Shown: positions 48,332-49,939 of the stretch, piece by piece
Layout: each line of letters begins with the position of its first letter
Numbering within the stretch: position 1 is the stretch's first letter
Source: Candidatus Thorarchaeota archaeon
Lineage (GTDB): Archaea; Asgardarchaeota; Thorarchaeia; Thorarchaeales; Thorarchaeaceae
Assembly: GCA_029858305.1 (NCBI GenBank)
Contig: JAOUFI010000012.1
Location: 1 to 49,939 of the forward strand
Reading direction: 5' to 3'
DNA length: 49,939 bases
Program-made: the position numbers and the translations under genes
Notes under the pieces: model-generated
What the model saw: only the letters and a program-made list of their open reading frames with translations
The model's database searches: none
Told to the model about the DNA's origin: nothing

Positions 48332-49939
48332 ATGTCGTTTGGTAAAGTAAAAAGGTCCACTGGAAGATTTCTCAGACAAGTATTCCATAGACCGAAGTCG
48401 AAGATTTCACGTGGCTCAGTCATTATCATTGCAATCCTATTCATCATTTTCACAACTGCACTGTTGCTACGTTTAGAGCCTCTAATCAACTCTCAACCAA
48501 TCGTACGTGCCTTTGACCCATGGTTCCAGTTGCGGGTTACTGATTATGTGACTGAAAATGGGTTTGGTGCATTCTTCTCTTGGTATGATGACTCAACATG
48601 GGTTCCCTTTGGACGCGACATGGCTAAGACAAGCTATGTGGGAGTACCTTTCACAAGCGCATTCTTCTATTTTCTGCTTAACGGACTGGGCATCCAAGTA
48701 GATGTTCTTACAGTTTCACTAGTTCTTCCTGCATTTATGGGCGCTCTTACTGCTATTGTTGCGTTCTTTCTGGGTAGAGAGCTCTCAAATAACACAGTCG
48801 GATTGTTCACCGGCATCTTTACTGCATTCATTCCTGCCTATCTTCAGAGAACAGTTGCAGGCTTTTACGACAATGAATGTATTGGAGTATTTGCTATCGT
48901 TCTTACCACATTTTTCTTTATGAGGGGCCTAAAACGAGGTTCAATGACTGCATCTGTTGGTGCGGGACTCTCCCTCGGGTATCTGCTTGTATCTTGGGGT
49001 GCCGCAGAGTTCATGCTTGGATTACTAGCTCTCTACGCGTTCCTGATGCTTGCAATAGGCCATTATAGTAAGCGATTACTCTCAAGCTTTCTCATCACAA
49101 TCTCACTTGGACTCTTCATCGGAGGATTAATACCAAGGAATGGATTTACTGACCTGACATCCTTTACGACGCTTGCTCCTATCGGAGTTGCTGGACTCCT
49201 TGTGCTGTACGAGGTTTGGCTCCGAGTGGGACATTACCGTGAAGCCACAGCCAGTGTCATGGCTCCATATATGAAACCCATACTTCTTGGATTGGTAGCC
49301 CCTGCTGTTGGTGTTGTGTCCTACATGCTATATGTAGGAAGCAATGCTTTGACAATCACGCCATATACTTCAAACCCAATCCTTACAATTGGATCAAAGT
49401 TCCTTACTGTACTTAATCCATTTACAAGGTTAGATCAGAGAATTCTTGCCTCAGTTGCAGAACACCTTCCGAGCCCATGGGGTAGCTTCTATAACACGCT
49501 TCTGGTCTTGATCTTCTTCTTCCCACTCGGTATGTACTTCCTCTTCAAGCGAGGTCGTGATGAAGATTGGCTAATGGTTTTCTATGGTCTATTCTCTGTC
49601 TACTTTGCTGGAAGTATGATACGTCTAAGCCTGATTCTAGGTCCAGGTGTAGCAGTCTTAGCTGCTGTAGCAGCCTACAATATACTTGCACCTTACGCTA
49701 AGGTGGTAACACAACAGTCAGTGTTTGAGAGGCGTAGGTTTAGAATGAGTTCGTCGCTCACATCAGAGCACGCTCTTACTGCCTTTGCCTTCGTAGGTCT
49801 GTTACTCTCTGTCAATGTCATACTTGGTGTACAGTATGTTCAGGCACAAGTGGGTAATCCTGAGTTTGCACAGGCTCCCCTATCATCTGCAAGTCAGTCT
49901 ACAGATTGGCAGGTGGCAATGACTTATGTCAGGAATGTT
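48332..49939 (+). CDS. aglB: Oligosaccharyltransferase AglB/STT3, 3'-truncated by window edge (absent from ORF track)
   Basis: MSFGKVKR...VRAFDPWFQLR, AGFYDNECIG, LASVAEH motifs; many TM helices; frame appears open to the window end. Confidence 0.93.
   Translation, partial: MSFGKVKRSTGRFLRQVFHRPKSKISRGSVIIIAILFIIFTTALLLRLEPLINSQPIVRAFDPWFQLRVTDYVTENGFGAFFSWYDDSTWVPFGRDMAKTSYVGVPFTSAFFYFLLNGLGIQVDVLTVSLVLPAFMGALTAIVAFFLGRELSNNTVGLFTGIFTAFIPAYLQRTVAGFYDNECIGVFAIVLTTFFFMRGLKRGSMTASVGAGLSLGYLLVSWGAAEFMLGLLALYAFLMLAIGHYSKRLLSSFLITISLGLFIGGLIPRNGFTDLTSFTTLAPIGVAGLLVLYEVWLRVGHYREATASVMAPYMKPILLGLVAPAVGVVSYMLYVGSNALTITPYTSNPILTIGSKFLTVLNPFTRLDQRILASVAEHLPSPWGSFYNTLLVLIFFFPLGMYFLFKRGRDEDWLMVFYGLFSVYFAGSMIRLSLILGPGVAVLAAVAAYNILAPYAKVVTQQSVFERRRFRMSSSLTSEHALTAFAFVGLLLSVNVILGVQYVQAQVGNPEFAQAPLSSASQSTDWQVAMTYVRNV

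Noticed and set aside
10205-49068. Numerous 60-170 aa ORFs overlapping assigned genes in other frames or strands
   Set aside because: Fully nested in well-supported conserved genes with no motifs or independent expression signals.

Overview
Archaeal core-genome region, most likely Asgard (Thorarchaeia-like; inferred from gene content such as a small Ras/Arf-like GTPase, an OSTC/DC2-like protein, a PAC4-like protein, Elf1, PolD and split rpoA'/A''). It carries transcription and translation clusters (rpoA1-rpoA2-rpl30e-nusA-rps12-rps7, tuf, infB, ndk, rpl24e-rps28e-rpl7ae, rpoD-rpl18e-rpl13-rps9-rpoN-rps2), an archaeal mevalonate operon plus egsA and carS, DNA replication/repair genes (lhr, RPA, DP2, radB, XPD, topA), pterin/glycine-cleavage genes and the 5' part of aglB/STT3. 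RNA genes: tRNA-Ser(GCT) with a D-loop BHB intron, SRP RNA with a UGGC helix-8 loop, and tRNA-Pro(CGG) with A37. The most striking feature missing from the ORF track is a compact transcription unit of three tandem paralogous 29-33 aa peptides (8651-8945) sharing MAL...ST[DE]A[LV]xYAYxYRR, with its own TATA box, coupled SD sites and terminator, next to the tRNA-Ser 3' end. All calls are from reading the sequence; no searches were run.
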